From the NCBI GenBank assembly GCA_963730185.1, contig CAVSQW010000007.1, positions 544,001 to 608,000 of the forward strand: DNA of 64,000 nt. Reading direction: 5' to 3'. The stretch is from an uncultured Gemmatimonadales bacterium. GTDB lineage: Bacteria; Gemmatimonadota; Gemmatimonadetes; Gemmatimonadales; GWC2-71-9. Under the pieces are notes generated by a model. The model ran no database searches, was not told the DNA's origin, and worked only from the letters and a program-made list of their open reading frames with translations. The position numbers were made by a program, and so were the translations under genes. This document shows, in pieces, positions 34,414 to 44,777 of this stretch. Within the stretch, counting starts at the first letter, position 1. Every line of letters starts with the position of its first letter.

Positions 34414-35817
34414 ATGACGACGGACGCACCCGACGCCCTTCGGATCGCCTTCGCCGACCGGGACCTCGCCCTCGGGCCGGAGATCGGTCGGGGCGGCATG
34501 GCGACGGTCTACGCGGGGACGGATCGGAAGCACAGCCGGCGAGTGGCGGTCAAGGTCTTGGACCGGGAGGCGGGGTCGGGGGCCGGGGGAGAGCGGTTTT
34601 CTCGGGAGATCGCTCTGGTGGCCCAGCTCCAGCATCCGCACATCGTGCCGCTCTACGACTCGGGTGAGCTGGCCGGGCTCCGCTACTACATCATGCCGCT
34701 GATGACGGGCGAGTCGCTCAGGACCCGACTCCGGCGCGACGGGAAGCTGGCCGTCGCCGAAGCGACGCGGCTGGCGTCGGAGGTGGCCGACGCGTTGGCC
34801 TACGCGCACGCGCGGGGTGTGATCCACCGTGACATCAAACCCGAGAACGTCCTGCTGGAGGGCGACCACGCGGTGATCGCCGACTTCGGTCTGGCGGTGA
34901 TCCGGGAGCGTTCGGCGATGACGGCGGCGGGCGAGCGGCTGACCCGCGGCGACGGGTTCGTCGGCACCCCGGAGTACATGAGTCCCGAGCAGCTCTTCGG
35001 CGAGCCGGCCGACGCCCGGACCGACGGGTACGCGACCGGGTGCGTGCTCTACGAGATGCTCGCCGGGCGCTCGCCCTTCGAGCCGGGCCAACCGGAGACG
35101 GTGCTGAGCCGGAAGCTGGCCGGCCAGGTGGCGCCGATCGACGAGCTCCGCCCCGATCTGCCGCGGGGCCTGGCCGAGGTGGTGATGCGCTCGTTCTCGC
35201 CCGACCCCAAGGACCGGATCGGGTCGGCGGCCGAGCTCCGGGCCGCGCTCCTTCCCTTCACGACCGGCAACCCGATCCGGTGGCGCTGGCGCCGGCGGCG
35301 GGTCTGGGGCACGACGGCGCTGATCGTGCTGGCGATGGCGGCCGGCGTCAGCCTGGTCCGGCGACCGGGGCGGCTCGGTCACATGGACCCGCACCGCATC
35401 GTCGTGGCCGACCTGGCCAACGAGTCGGCCGATTCGACGCTCACGGCACTCGGCGCCATGGCCGGCGACTGGATCGAGGCCGGGCTCTCGCGCGTGCCCG
35501 GGCTGGAGGTGATCAATTCGGCCTTCGTGCTGGGGGCGCCTCGGCTCAACCTGCCTCGGGGGATTCCGGGGACCTCGCGCCGGTTGCTGAAGCAATTGGT
35601 CGACTCCACCGACGCCGGCACCGTGATTTCGGGGTCGATCTACAAGGACGACCGCCGGATCGAGCTTTTCGCGGAGGTAACCGACGCTCGGTCGGGCAAC
35701 CTGCTGGCGGCGGTCGGCCCGATCCGGGGGCCGGGCACCCGACCGGACTCGGCCATGGCGGTGCTCCGCGACAGTGTCACGGCGGTGATCCGGCGTCGGG
35801 TGGCGGCGGCACGCTAG
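34414..35817 (+). CDS. Hanks-type Ser/Thr kinase with TM helix and TolB-N/FlgO-like C-terminal domain
   Basis: GRGGMATVY, VAVK, HRDIKPEN, DFG, GTPEYMSPE. Confidence 0.9.
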   Translation: MTTDAPDALRIAFADRDLALGPEIGRGGMATVYAGTDRKHSRRVAVKVLDREAGSGAGGERFSREIALVAQLQHPHIVPLYDSGELAGLRYYIMPLMTGESLRTRLRRDGKLAVAEATRLASEVADALAYAHARGVIHRDIKPENVLLEGDHAVIADFGLAVIRERSAMTAAGERLTRGDGFVGTPEYMSPEQLFGEPADARTDGYATGCVLYEMLAGRSPFEPGQPETVLSRKLAGQVAPIDELRPDLPRGLAEVVMRSFSPDPKDRIGSAAELRAALLPFTTGNPIRWRWRRRRVWGTTALIVLAMAAGVSLVRRPGRLGHMDPHRIVVADLANESADSTLTALGAMAGDWIEAGLSRVPGLEVINSAFVLGAPRLNLPRGIPGTSRRLLKQLVDSTDAGTVISGSIYKDDRRIELFAEVTDARSGNLLAAVGPIRGPGTRPDSAMAVLRDSVTAVIRRRVAAAR

Positions 35818-36046
35818 GCGCCCTAGGGCTCGGCCTCGATCGCCCTGGGTGCCGAGCGTGACGATGGGGTTCTCGGGGGCCACCGGGTCTCCTGCCGGGG
35901 GGACCGAGGGCACTATGCTCCAGAGGCGGCCTCCGGCTGAAACCCCGCCGGTCGCCTCCTCGTTTGCGATCGATGACCCAAGACGCTTCGGGCGCTCCAG
36001 CCGCGACCGCCGGCGCCGTTCAATTCAAGCAAGGAGACCCATAATC

Positions 36047-37548
36047 ATGCGTGGCCCGACGATTACCCTCGCCATCTTCCTCGCGGGCGCCGCGCCCGCG
36101 ATCGCCCAGCAGTCGCCCCCGGGTCCCGACACCGACGGGACCCTGGCCGCCCTGGAGAAGGTCGCGGGCCAGGGGATGATGCACTCGCGCGCCTACGACT
36201 ACCTGACCGAGCTCAGCGACGACATCGGGGCCCGGGTCACCGGATCGCCGGCGATGTGGAAGGCGGTGGAGTGGGGCGTCGCGACGATGAAGGCGATCGG
36301 TCTCGAGAACGTGCACGCGGAGCGCTACCAGATGTGGCGCGGGTGGACCCGGGGGTCGCCGTGATGACCATGCTGACCCCGCGGCCGCTCGGCTTGCACG
36401 TGGATGCGATGGGGTGGACCGGCTCGACCCCGGCCGGCGGGGTGGACGCCGACGTGGTGTCGGTGAACCTCTACGATCTCGATCGGGAGTTGGCCGCGAC
36501 GGGGAGTTGGAAGGGCAAGGTGCTCCTGATGGTGGCCAAGGGGACGCCGCCCAAGGGCGAAGATGGGTTCCTCGGATTCGGCCAACTGCTGAGGGCGGCC
36601 GAGCGGGCCGGGGCGGCCGCGGTGATCGGGGGGCAGGGCGGGGCGCACGCCGCGGGGATGAACCTGACCCACACGGGGATCCTGGGTTTCTCCGAGGACT
36701 TCTCGGTGCCGGTCGTGTCGATGACGGCCGAGGACCAGGGGTTGCTCGAGCGTGAGCTCGATCACGGACATGCGATCCGGGTGCACGTCGACATCCACAA
36801 CACCTTCACGCCCGGGCCGGTGGAGGCCGCGAACGTGGTGGGGGAGATCCGGGGCAGCGCCGAGCCGGACCAGGTGTTCGTGGTCGGCGCCCACTTGGAT
36901 TCGTGGGACCTGTCGGAAGGTGCCACCGACAACGGGGCCGGGTCGGTGGCGGTGCTGGGCGCCGCCGAGTCGATCGCCCGATCGGGCGCCCGGCCGCGCC
37001 GGACGATCCGCTTCGTCCTGTTCACCGGGGAGGAACAAGGGCTGCTGGGCTCGTTCGCCTATGTGAAGCAGCACCAGAGCGAGATGGCCAACCACCTGGG
37101 CGACCTCGTGCTCGACGGCGGTCAGGGACCGATCCGCGGTTTCAGCCTAGGGGGCCGTGACGACCTGGTCGGCGCCTTTACCCCGTTCGCCAAGTCGCTC
37201 AGCGCTTTCAGCGACTTGTCGGTGAACGACCGGATCTCGTTCGGCACCGATACCGGGCCGTTCTCGCTGGCGGGGCTTCCGGGGATCGATCTCGACAACG
37301 GGTCCGCCGAGTACCGGTATACCCACCACTCCGCGGCGGACGCGCTGGAAGCGGTCGGCCCCGCGGTGCTCGCTCAGAACGCGACCATCATGGCCCTGAC
37401 GGCGTTCTGGATCGCCGACCGGCCGGAGCGGCTGGCCAGCCCGTGGCCGGCGGATCGAATTGCCAAGACGTTCGTGGCCCAGCATCAGGACGGGATGTTG
37501 AAGGCGTTCAAGCTCTGGCCGTTCGGAGACGCGGGCGGCGGTCGCTGA
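36047..37548 (+). CDS. M28-family (carboxypeptidase Q-like) peptidase, split by one frameshift near 36360
   Basis: Signal peptide and LSDDIGARVTGS in one frame; GAHLDSWD, DNGAG, GEEQGL, HHS..D in the next. Confidence 0.85.
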
Positions 37549-37580
37549 GTTGGCTGGCGGGCGTACCACCGCTACTCCTA

Positions 37581-37624
37581 GCCACCCGAATCAGGAGCCT
37601 GACGTGCAACTGGATTCGGGCGGC
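37581..37624. terminator. Hairpin between convergent genes
   Basis: GCCACCCGAATC...GATTCGGGCGGC, 11 of 12 pairs. Confidence 0.35.
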
Positions 37625-37687
37625 AAGGTGGCCAGCGTGAAGGTCGACGGGTTCACGACCTTCCGGCGGGTGCCGGACGCAAAAGGA

Positions 37688-38050
37688 TCATGAGGAGGGC
37701 TTCGGGATCATCGAGTGCCAGCGATCGGGCTCGAGCCCTAGCTTCTCCAGCCAGAGCTCCTCGAGCGCGGCGAGGTCGGACGCCGGATCGTGGTCCGGGC
37801 TCTCGGGCGGCGGGAGGGTGTCGAGGGTCTCGAACGTGAAGCCGTCGGGACCATGCTCGTTCCAGGCTCGCTGAAGGTCCTTGTCCGGGTGGGCCCCGAA
37901 GCGGAGCTGCGCCTGATGCCGGTTCAAGATCCCGGGCAGGTTCACACTCGCGGCCACGACCGACCGCCCGGTCACGGTGTCGTGGATCCGGTACACGCCC
38001 ATCGGGCGCGGCGTTTCCTTGTACTGGCGGAGCAACTCTTTCCGGTTCAT
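37688..38050 (-). CDS. Small GIY-YIG-superfamily protein
   Basis: MGVYRI, NRH..QL..G.H....LQ..WN..G...F.FE.L, L..LE..W. Confidence 0.75.
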   Translation of the reverse strand: MNRKELLRQYKETPRPMGVYRIHDTVTGRSVVAASVNLPGILNRHQAQLRFGAHPDKDLQRAWNEHGPDGFTFETLDTLPPPESPDHDPASDLAALEELWLEKLGLEPDRWHSMIPKPSS

Positions 38051-38116
38051 TGACGTGCTTCCAGGACGGCGGACGGAAATCGCAAGGACACGATCGGTCT
38101 TCGGTGGGGCGGAGCG

Positions 38117-38596
38117 CTATCCGGCGATGGCCTGGCCGGGGCTGTCGAACCGGGCGAGCCACTGGCGGATCCGTTCTCCACACTCCCTGAGGTCGCCCGT
38201 GACCCCGGCCAGCGCCAGGATGTGGGCGTCCTCGAGCGTGTCGATCTCCTCTTCCATCACCGGCGGCAGCACGAGCGCCCGCCGGGCTTGGGAGAGCACC
38301 GTCACGGTGTCCCGGAGGTTGCGGCGGCCGGAGGCCAGATCACGCCAGGTCTGCTGGAGGATCGCCATCAGGACCGGCCGCGACTCCCGTCGCCGGGCCA
38401 GGGGCCGGAGGGCGGCCCGCAGCGCGTCCACGTCGCGCGAGGGCGCCAGCGCGATGTCGACCAATGCGGCGCTGGGTTCCGGCTGATGCTCGAGCTGCGA
38501 CGCGGCCCAACGGCTCACGTCGTCACCGGTTGCCAAGCCGAGGAGCAGAGCCGCCCTGAGGTAGGTGGCTTGTTCTCGTACACCTGTAAGCGTCAT
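38117..38596 (-). CDS. Hypothetical protein
   Basis: Protein-like helical ORF; no recognisable motif. Confidence 0.55.
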   Translation of the reverse strand: MTLTGVREQATYLRAALLLGLATGDDVSRWAASQLEHQPEPSAALVDIALAPSRDVDALRAALRPLARRRESRPVLMAILQQTWRDLASGRRNLRDTVTVLSQARRALVLPPVMEEEIDTLEDAHILALAGVTGDLRECGERIRQWLARFDSPGQAIAG

Positions 38597-38721
38597 TTGG
38601 AATCCCGCTCCGAAGGGGGCGATCGAACGGGTCGACGCAATATAGGTAGGCTGTGCGCCAGAGTGCAGTCTTCCGCAGCGCCTTTCGGTGTCTGATCTCG
38701 AGTGGAGCAAAACACGACGGT

Positions 38722-39189
38722 TCAGGCTTCGATGGAGTGTCCCCCGAGGGCGAGGTCACCGATCGCGATCCCGATCTCGGCGGCAAGCTCCCGGCCGGCG
38801 TCGTGATCTCGAGATCCGATCCCGAGAGCGAGCGTGGCGGTGTCGGCGTCCAGGAGGCCGTGCGGTCCGACCAGGGCGGCGAAGGCGCCGGGGTCGGCGG
38901 CTTCGAGCACCAGGCGGGCCCCTCGCGGCCGGCGCCACCAGGGATCCCGCTTCAGGTCGACCCTGGCCAGGCCGGCGATCGCAATGATCGCGTCGGTTCG
39001 GGAGGGTGGCTCGCGATCGGCGGCCTGGATGTCGCGGCCGAATCGGTCGGTGACCCGGTCGATCCACCAGTGGAGGGTGAGCCGGTCGGCGGCGAGCTGG
39101 ACGGTGCCGTGAACGATTTCGCGAATCGCGGTGATGTCGCCCGGGGCGGCGAGCGTCCGATCGCGGCGAAGGTGAAACCCCAGGATCAT
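38722..39189 (-). CDS. Hypothetical protein
   Basis: AGGAG RBS, GC3-biased ORF. Confidence 0.55.
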   Translation of the reverse strand: MILGFHLRRDRTLAAPGDITAIREIVHGTVQLAADRLTLHWWIDRVTDRFGRDIQAADREPPSRTDAIIAIAGLARVDLKRDPWWRRPRGARLVLEAADPGAFAALVGPHGLLDADTATLALGIGSRDHDAGRELAAEIGIAIGDLALGGHSIEA

Positions 39190-39288
39190 CGTCAGGCTCC
39201 TATCGCCGGACGGGGTGGCACCTGGGCCCGCCGGGTGGCCGCGGGCACCGGCCAGGTTCGCGAGGCGGTGGGCATCTCGGACACCGGG

Positions 39289-40593
39289 TCAGGACGGCGG
39301 TGTTTCGGTCCGGACGTGGCGGAGCAGTAGGGGCCGGCCGAACACCGCGACCACGACCAGTCCAGCCAGGATGGCCAGCGGCAGCGGGTCGGTTTCCGCC
39401 AGGCGGACCGTGAGTGCCAGGACCGCCGCGATCCCGCCGACCGCCCCGGCACCGGTCACGGCTCGATGGCCGACCCGGAGCCTGAAGGCGAGCCCGCAGG
39501 TGACCGCGAAGGTGAAGAGGAACGCCAGGCTGGCCACTTCGACCAGGGAGGTGAGCGAGCCGATCACGGCCAGCACCGCCGCGGCGAGCCCGAGTCCGAT
39601 CACGGCTCGATCCGGAATGCCGGCGGCGTTCTTGTGGCCGATGGCGGCCGGCAGCTCGCCGGTGCTCGCGACCTCATGGGCCAGACGAGCGGTCGCGAAC
39701 AGGGTGGAGTTGATCGCCGAGCCGGTCGAGAACGCGGCGCCGACGGTCACCAGGATGAGCCCGACGGTCCCGAGCGCCCGTTGGCCGGCGAGCGCGAGCG
39801 CGACCTCCTTGTGGGCGACCACCTGGTCGGCGCCGATCAGCATCGCGACGCCCAGCGCGACCACGACGTACACCACGATCACGACGACGATGGCGGAGAG
39901 GACCGCCCGTGGCAGGGTCCGCTTCGGATCGGCGATGTCCTCGTAGTCGTAGGTGAGGAGCTGGAAACCTTCGTAGGCCATGAACACCGACGCGGCCCCG
40001 AACAACGCTGCGCCGATGCCGGCTTGGGGAACCCCCTCGGACAACAGCGGCGGGTTCCATTCAGCCAGACCCCAGGCCGCCAGTCCGACCAGCACCGCCA
40101 GCTTGAACCAGACCAGGAAGACCTCGACCCCGCCGGCTTCCCCCACGCCCTTGAGATTGAGCCCGATGAAGAAGGTCAGGATCGCCATGGCCGCCGCCCG
40201 GGGAAACCAAGGCCCCAGGCCGACCACGTGGCCGAGGTATTGTCCGAAGGTGAAGGCGTAGACGGCGTTGGTGAGGACGTATCCGACGATCAGGACCCAG
40301 GAGAGGCTGCCCGCGAGCCCATCGGCGTCGACCTTCCGGAGAAAGGTGAAGGCGCCGCCCCCCTCACCGTAGTGCGTCGCCAGCCGGACGTAGGCGTAGC
40401 CGGCGGCCAGCGCGATCAGTCCGGCCGCGACGAAGCTGAGCCAGGCCAACGGGCCAGCGATCCCGATCACGACGCCGAGCGTGGAGAAGATGCCGCCGCC
40501 CACCATCCCGCCGACGGCCATGGACCAGGTGGCGTTGAAGCCGAGCTGCTCGGAGGTCGAGGCGTTGTTCCGGGAATGGGGATTGTCCGCCAT
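39289..40593 (-). CDS. APC-family amino acid permease
   Basis: GGMVGGGIF, GG.F.FL, F.AYEGF, INSTLFATARL; about 12 TM helices. Confidence 0.88.
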   Translation of the reverse strand: MADNPHSRNNASTSEQLGFNATWSMAVGGMVGGGIFSTLGVVIGIAGPLAWLSFVAAGLIALAAGYAYVRLATHYGEGGGAFTFLRKVDADGLAGSLSWVLIVGYVLTNAVYAFTFGQYLGHVVGLGPWFPRAAAMAILTFFIGLNLKGVGEAGGVEVFLVWFKLAVLVGLAAWGLAEWNPPLLSEGVPQAGIGAALFGAASVFMAYEGFQLLTYDYEDIADPKRTLPRAVLSAIVVVIVVYVVVALGVAMLIGADQVVAHKEVALALAGQRALGTVGLILVTVGAAFSTGSAINSTLFATARLAHEVASTGELPAAIGHKNAAGIPDRAVIGLGLAAAVLAVIGSLTSLVEVASLAFLFTFAVTCGLAFRLRVGHRAVTGAGAVGGIAAVLALTVRLAETDPLPLAILAGLVVVAVFGRPLLLRHVRTETPPS

Positions 40594-40717
40594 ACACCGC
40601 CCGGGAAAGGTCCCGGGCAATGTAGGCGTGGTGAGCGACGCGGGTCAAAAACGACGCCAGCTGGACGCCCTCCTCACTCGCTCGGTTCCGTCGGCTGGGG
40701 TGGGCGGGGCGCTCACC

Positions 40718-41278
40718 TCATCGGGGCCAAAGCCACCCGAAGGTCCCGGCGGTGAGCAGGGCGTAGATCAGGCCGTCGACGCTCGACTTGAAGGTGGTGC
40801 TCCACGACCGGTGATACCAGATCGAGATCTGCCAGAGCGCGGCGCCGTAGCCGAGGAAAGCGGTGACGCCGACGAAGCGGAAAACCTCGAGGTAGTCGGC
40901 GCCGGGCGCCAGGGCGCGACTGGCGACGTAGCCCGCGAAGAGACCGACCACCAAGAGATAAACGAACCACATCAAGAGCTGCGGTCCCATGCCGGGAAGA
41001 CCGTTCGGCCTCACGGTGATGATCATCACCGGTCCCTGGGCCATCTTCTCGGCGAACTCGGGCGACTTCAGGTCGGCCGCGGTCTTGGGGCGGGGCACCA
41101 TGTAGTCGCCGGGGGGGATGGCGAGGGGGCGGACGGCGTCCCTGAACCGGTCCTCGTTCGGTATCGCGGGGTAGTCACTCTTGTGCCAGGGCATCACCAT
41201 ATGAACGATGGAGCTGACCAGAAACACGATCACACCCGAGACGACGATCGGGACCCACAAGGTGGACAGGCCGGTCAT
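40718..41278 (-). CDS. Conserved-looking hypothetical membrane protein
   Basis: GGAGG RBS; four hydrophobic segments; HM..PWH..D and PG.Y..P. Confidence 0.7.
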   Translation of the reverse strand: MTGLSTLWVPIVVSGVIVFLVSSIVHMVMPWHKSDYPAIPNEDRFRDAVRPLAIPPGDYMVPRPKTAADLKSPEFAEKMAQGPVMIITVRPNGLPGMGPQLLMWFVYLLVVGLFAGYVASRALAPGADYLEVFRFVGVTAFLGYGAALWQISIWYHRSWSTTFKSSVDGLIYALLTAGTFGWLWPR

Positions 41279-41366
41279 GGCGACCTCCGAGGCTGGAGAA
41301 CGGACCACTGGCGGGGGGACGCGCTAGTATATCGCCCCGACCATCCCCTCGCGAGTCGCTCTCCGG

Positions 41367-43461
41367 CTACCGGGCTCCTTTGCCGCCGCTTGCGCCGCCC
41401 GCGGTCCACTTCTGGTTCTCACGGTTCAGGTCGGGGAAGTCGCCGGTGGCGTCGATCTCCACGGCCGAGACGGCCGGAGCGGCGGGCACCCGCACGGTGA
41501 CCCGTCGCTCACCGTGGAGCCAGGCGTCGACCGGAATGGTCAGATGCTCAACCCGGCCGCCGAGCCGGGTCACGGTCAGGTAAACCGGCATCGGCGCCAG
41601 CCCCCGGTCCTCCACCGTGATGGCGAGCGAGTCGCCCGCCGGAGTGACGCTCGCGATGGCCTGGTCGAGCGACCAACCGTGATAGAACCAGGTCTGCCAG
41701 AACCACGAGAGGTCGCGGCCGGCCACGTCGTCGATGGTGTTGAAGAAGTCGTACGGCTCCGGGTGGCGGCCGATCCATCGGTGACCGTACTCCCGAAAGG
41801 CTCGGTGGAAGAGCTCCTCGCCCAAGAGGCCGCGGAGCGCGGCCAGCACCTGGGCGGTCTTGTCGTACTGCATGATGAAGTACAGGCTCTGCGGATAGTC
41901 GTCGCCGGGGAGCATGAGCGGGGCGTCGTCGCCGGCCCGGGCGGTCCGGACGTAGAGGGCGCGCTGCCCCTGCTCCGAATCGTTGGCGCGGCCGCCGGTG
42001 CGCGGCTCGCCGTAGAGCGGCCGCATGCCTTGGGCGACGTCGAATTGGGTGAAGCCCTCGTCCATCCAGGGGAAGCGCTTCTCGTTGGAGCCCACCTGCA
42101 TCGGAAACCACATGTGGCCGGTCTCGTGCATCAGGTCGCCGGCCAGCGAGAGGGTGTCGGCCCAAGGCTGCATCAGCGTCATCATCGGGTACTCCATCCC
42201 GCCCCCGGTGAGCACGCCCTCCATCGAGGTCATCTTGGGCCAGGGGTAAGGCCAGAGGTAGGCGGAGAGCTGCTCGATGGCATCCTTCGTGAACCGGGCG
42301 CCACCGAGCTTCCAGGCGGCGGCGGGTCGGGTCAGGCGGAAGAAGCTGTCGATCTCGACCGTGTCCGGCGCGGCCCCCGCCCCCTGGCCCACCAGGGCTC
42401 GGGTGGCGTCCCAGGCGTACTGATCGCTGGTGCCCCAGGCGAAGTCACGGACGCTCGTCGGCGGTGAAATGCCAGGCGGAGGTGGCGCCGGTGCCGGCGA
42501 AGGTGCGCGCGGCCGTCGCGCCCGGTGTCATGACCCGGATCACCCGGCCGGTGCGTCGCGCGGCGGCCAAGCTGTCGCGGGCCGAGGCGGAGAGCACGGC
42601 GGCGGGGTTCCGGAGGGTGCCGGTGGCGCCGACCACCCAGCCGCGGGGTACCGTGACCCGGACGTCGTAGTCGGCCGGATCCATGTAGAACTCGGCCTCG
42701 AGCAGGTACGGATCGGCGACCCAGCCGTCGACGTCGTCGTAGACGGCGATCTCGGGATACCAATAGCCCATGAAGTAGACGTGGCCGTCGCGGCCTTCGC
42801 GGCCGTCGGCGGGCGACGGGGCGGGGTGATACGACCAGGCGAACGCCAGGTCGAGGCTGTCGCCCGGGAGGAGCGGGTGGGTCAGGGGAATCGTCATCAC
42901 CGTGCCGTCGACCGCGTACTGGCCGGCGGTGGGCGGTTTTCGCGGAGGGGCGGTGATCGGCAGGGCAGGGTTCCGGTCGGGCGCGGGAATCACCGCGCGC
43001 CCCGCCACCGTCACGCGACTGAGCGTCAGGCCGCCGGTGATCGGCACGCTCTGCCGGCGGGCGACGCCCGGCGCGAAGGCGTTCTGCCGGAGATGGACGA
43101 AGACGGTGCCGAGCGGGTCGGGAGAGCGATTGAGATAGGTGACGGTTTCGCGGCCGCTCACCAAGTGCCGGGCCGGGTCGAGCGACACGTCGATCGAGTA
43201 GCGGGCGTGCTGGACCCAGTTCCTCGGGCCGGGGTGGCCGGAGCGGGTCCGGGTGCCGCGGGCGACGGCGCGGGTAAAGGCGGCCGTCTCATAGACCGGG
43301 CCCGGTACCGGGCGCGGGCCGGCGGCAGTGGTCTCGGGATCGATGGTGGGGGCGGGCCGGGTCTGAGCCGAGGCGATGGGGGCGCAGAAGACGAGGGTCA
43401 GCAACACCAGCCGGAGAGGCGCAGCCGAGCGAGCGGGCGCCGGGGATTCATGTGGGGGCAC
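41367..43461 (-). CDS. M1-family metallopeptidase, split by a frameshift near 42450
   Basis: GGMEYPM, HETGH-X18-E, Y.K in the 3' frame; signal peptide, WYP..AVYD and EFY...ADYDV in the 5' frame; GTG start after GAAGGAG. Confidence 0.85.
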
Positions 43462-43675
43462 AGCGCGGTCTCCTTCGAAGGACAGGGGCAACGCCCAGGA
43501 AGGTAAAGGGGTACGGCCGGGGGCGACGGGTCCGCCCCCGGCGTCGCTGGCATGAGCGTGACGGTGGGAGCATCTTGGGCCAGGGTGATCGCCGCTCAGG
43601 CGGGTTTCCCCTCCAGGACGATGACCGTGACGATCCCGGCGTGGTGACGGCCTTTCCGTTCCCTCCAACGCGCCG

Positions 43676-43797
43676 ATGTCCGTAACCGGTCGACCGGCCA
43701 CCGCCCTCGCCGACCGAGCTCGGCGCGGATCGGTTCGTGGTGGAGATCCCGACCACGGCCGCGGTCCAGCATCCGCACATCCTGCCGCTGTTCGATG
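43676..43797 (+). pseudogene. Deleted remnant of a Ser/Thr kinase 5' end
   Basis: MSVTGRPATALADR joined out of frame to ELGADRFVVEIPTTAAVQHPHILPLFD, matching the array kinases. Confidence 0.75.
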
Positions 43798-43802
43798 CTC
43801 TA

Positions 43803-44777
43803 CTACGTCCCCTTCCGAATCGTCGCGGTGAGGGCCGGCACCAGCTCCAGGACGTCTCCCACGACGCCGACCGTGGCCACCTGAAAGATCGGGGCCCTGG
43901 GGTTCTTGTTGATGGCGACGATGAACGGGTTGCCTTTGAGGCCGCCGAGGTGCTGGAAGGCTCCGCTGATGCCGAGGGCGAGATAGACCTTCGGCTTGAC
44001 CGTCTTGCCGGAGGTCCCGACCTGGCGGCTCTTGTCCAGCCACTTGGCGTCCACCACCGGCCGCGAGCACGACACCACGGCGCCCATCGCCTGGGCCAGC
44101 TCTTCGGCGAGAGCGAGGTTCTCCTGGTCGCCGAACCCGCGACCGACCGAGACCAACACCTCCTCCTTGACGATGTCGACGTCGCCGGTCTCCGCGGCGA
44201 CCAGCTCCACGAACCGGCGGCGGGTGGGCGGCTCGCCGGCCTCCGCCGACTTGTCGATCACGGTGCCCGGCGTGCCCGCCGGAGCGCCGGCCGCGAAGCT
44301 CCCGGGCCGGACGGTCAGCACCGCGCCCCCACTGAGGTCGACGGACCAGTGCGAGCTCACCTGGCCGCTCAGCTCCTGGCGCGTGACGGTGAGCGTGGTG
44401 CCGTCGACGCCATCGATGCCGACGACGTCCGGGAGGTACGGCAGGTCGAGCTTGACCGACAGACCGGGTCCGAGGTCCATGCCGAACGTGGTATGCGGCA
44501 GCAACACGGCACATCCCTTCGGGAGCACCTGGACCAGGAGGGCCCGAAGCGCCTCCGCGTTGGGATGCGCCAGCGACTGGTGCCCGAGCTTCCAGACTTC
44601 CGAGTACGCCGCGGCCGCCGCCCCGCAGGCGGTGTCGAGCGGGGCCCCCACGCCGGCCAGGATGGCGATCGGGGCCGCGCCGGGAAAAACCTGCGCGGCC
44701 ACGGTGAGCAATTCCAGGGCGGTGTCGTCCGGCTTCCCGTCCTGATGGAGGACGACGGCGAAGACCTGGTCAGCCAT
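43803..44777 (-). CDS. etfA: Electron transfer flavoprotein alpha subunit
   Basis: VSVGRG, SRPVVD, QVGTSGKTV.P, GISGAFQH, AINK. Confidence 0.93.
   Translation of the reverse strand: MADQVFAVVLHQDGKPDDTALELLTVAAQVFPGAAPIAILAGVGAPLDTACGAAAAAYSEVWKLGHQSLAHPNAEALRALLVQVLPKGCAVLLPHTTFGMDLGPGLSVKLDLPYLPDVVGIDGVDGTTLTVTRQELSGQVSSHWSVDLSGGAVLTVRPGSFAAGAPAGTPGTVIDKSAEAGEPPTRRRFVELVAAETGDVDIVKEEVLVSVGRGFGDQENLALAEELAQAMGAVVSCSRPVVDAKWLDKSRQVGTSGKTVKPKVYLALGISGAFQHLGGLKGNPFIVAINKNPRAPIFQVATVGVVGDVLELVPALTATIRKGT

Noticed and set aside
36340..36370. Programmed frameshift in the M28 peptidase
   Set aside because: No canonical slippery heptamer; it lies beside a G6 run, and similar indels elsewhere point to sequencing error
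37550..39290. Integron cassette array
   Set aside because: No RYYYAAC...GTTRRRY attC pairs or integrase recognised
42430..42460. Programmed frameshift or split M1 peptidase
   Set aside because: A single indel in an otherwise intact gene with no recoding signal; error or recent mutation is more likely
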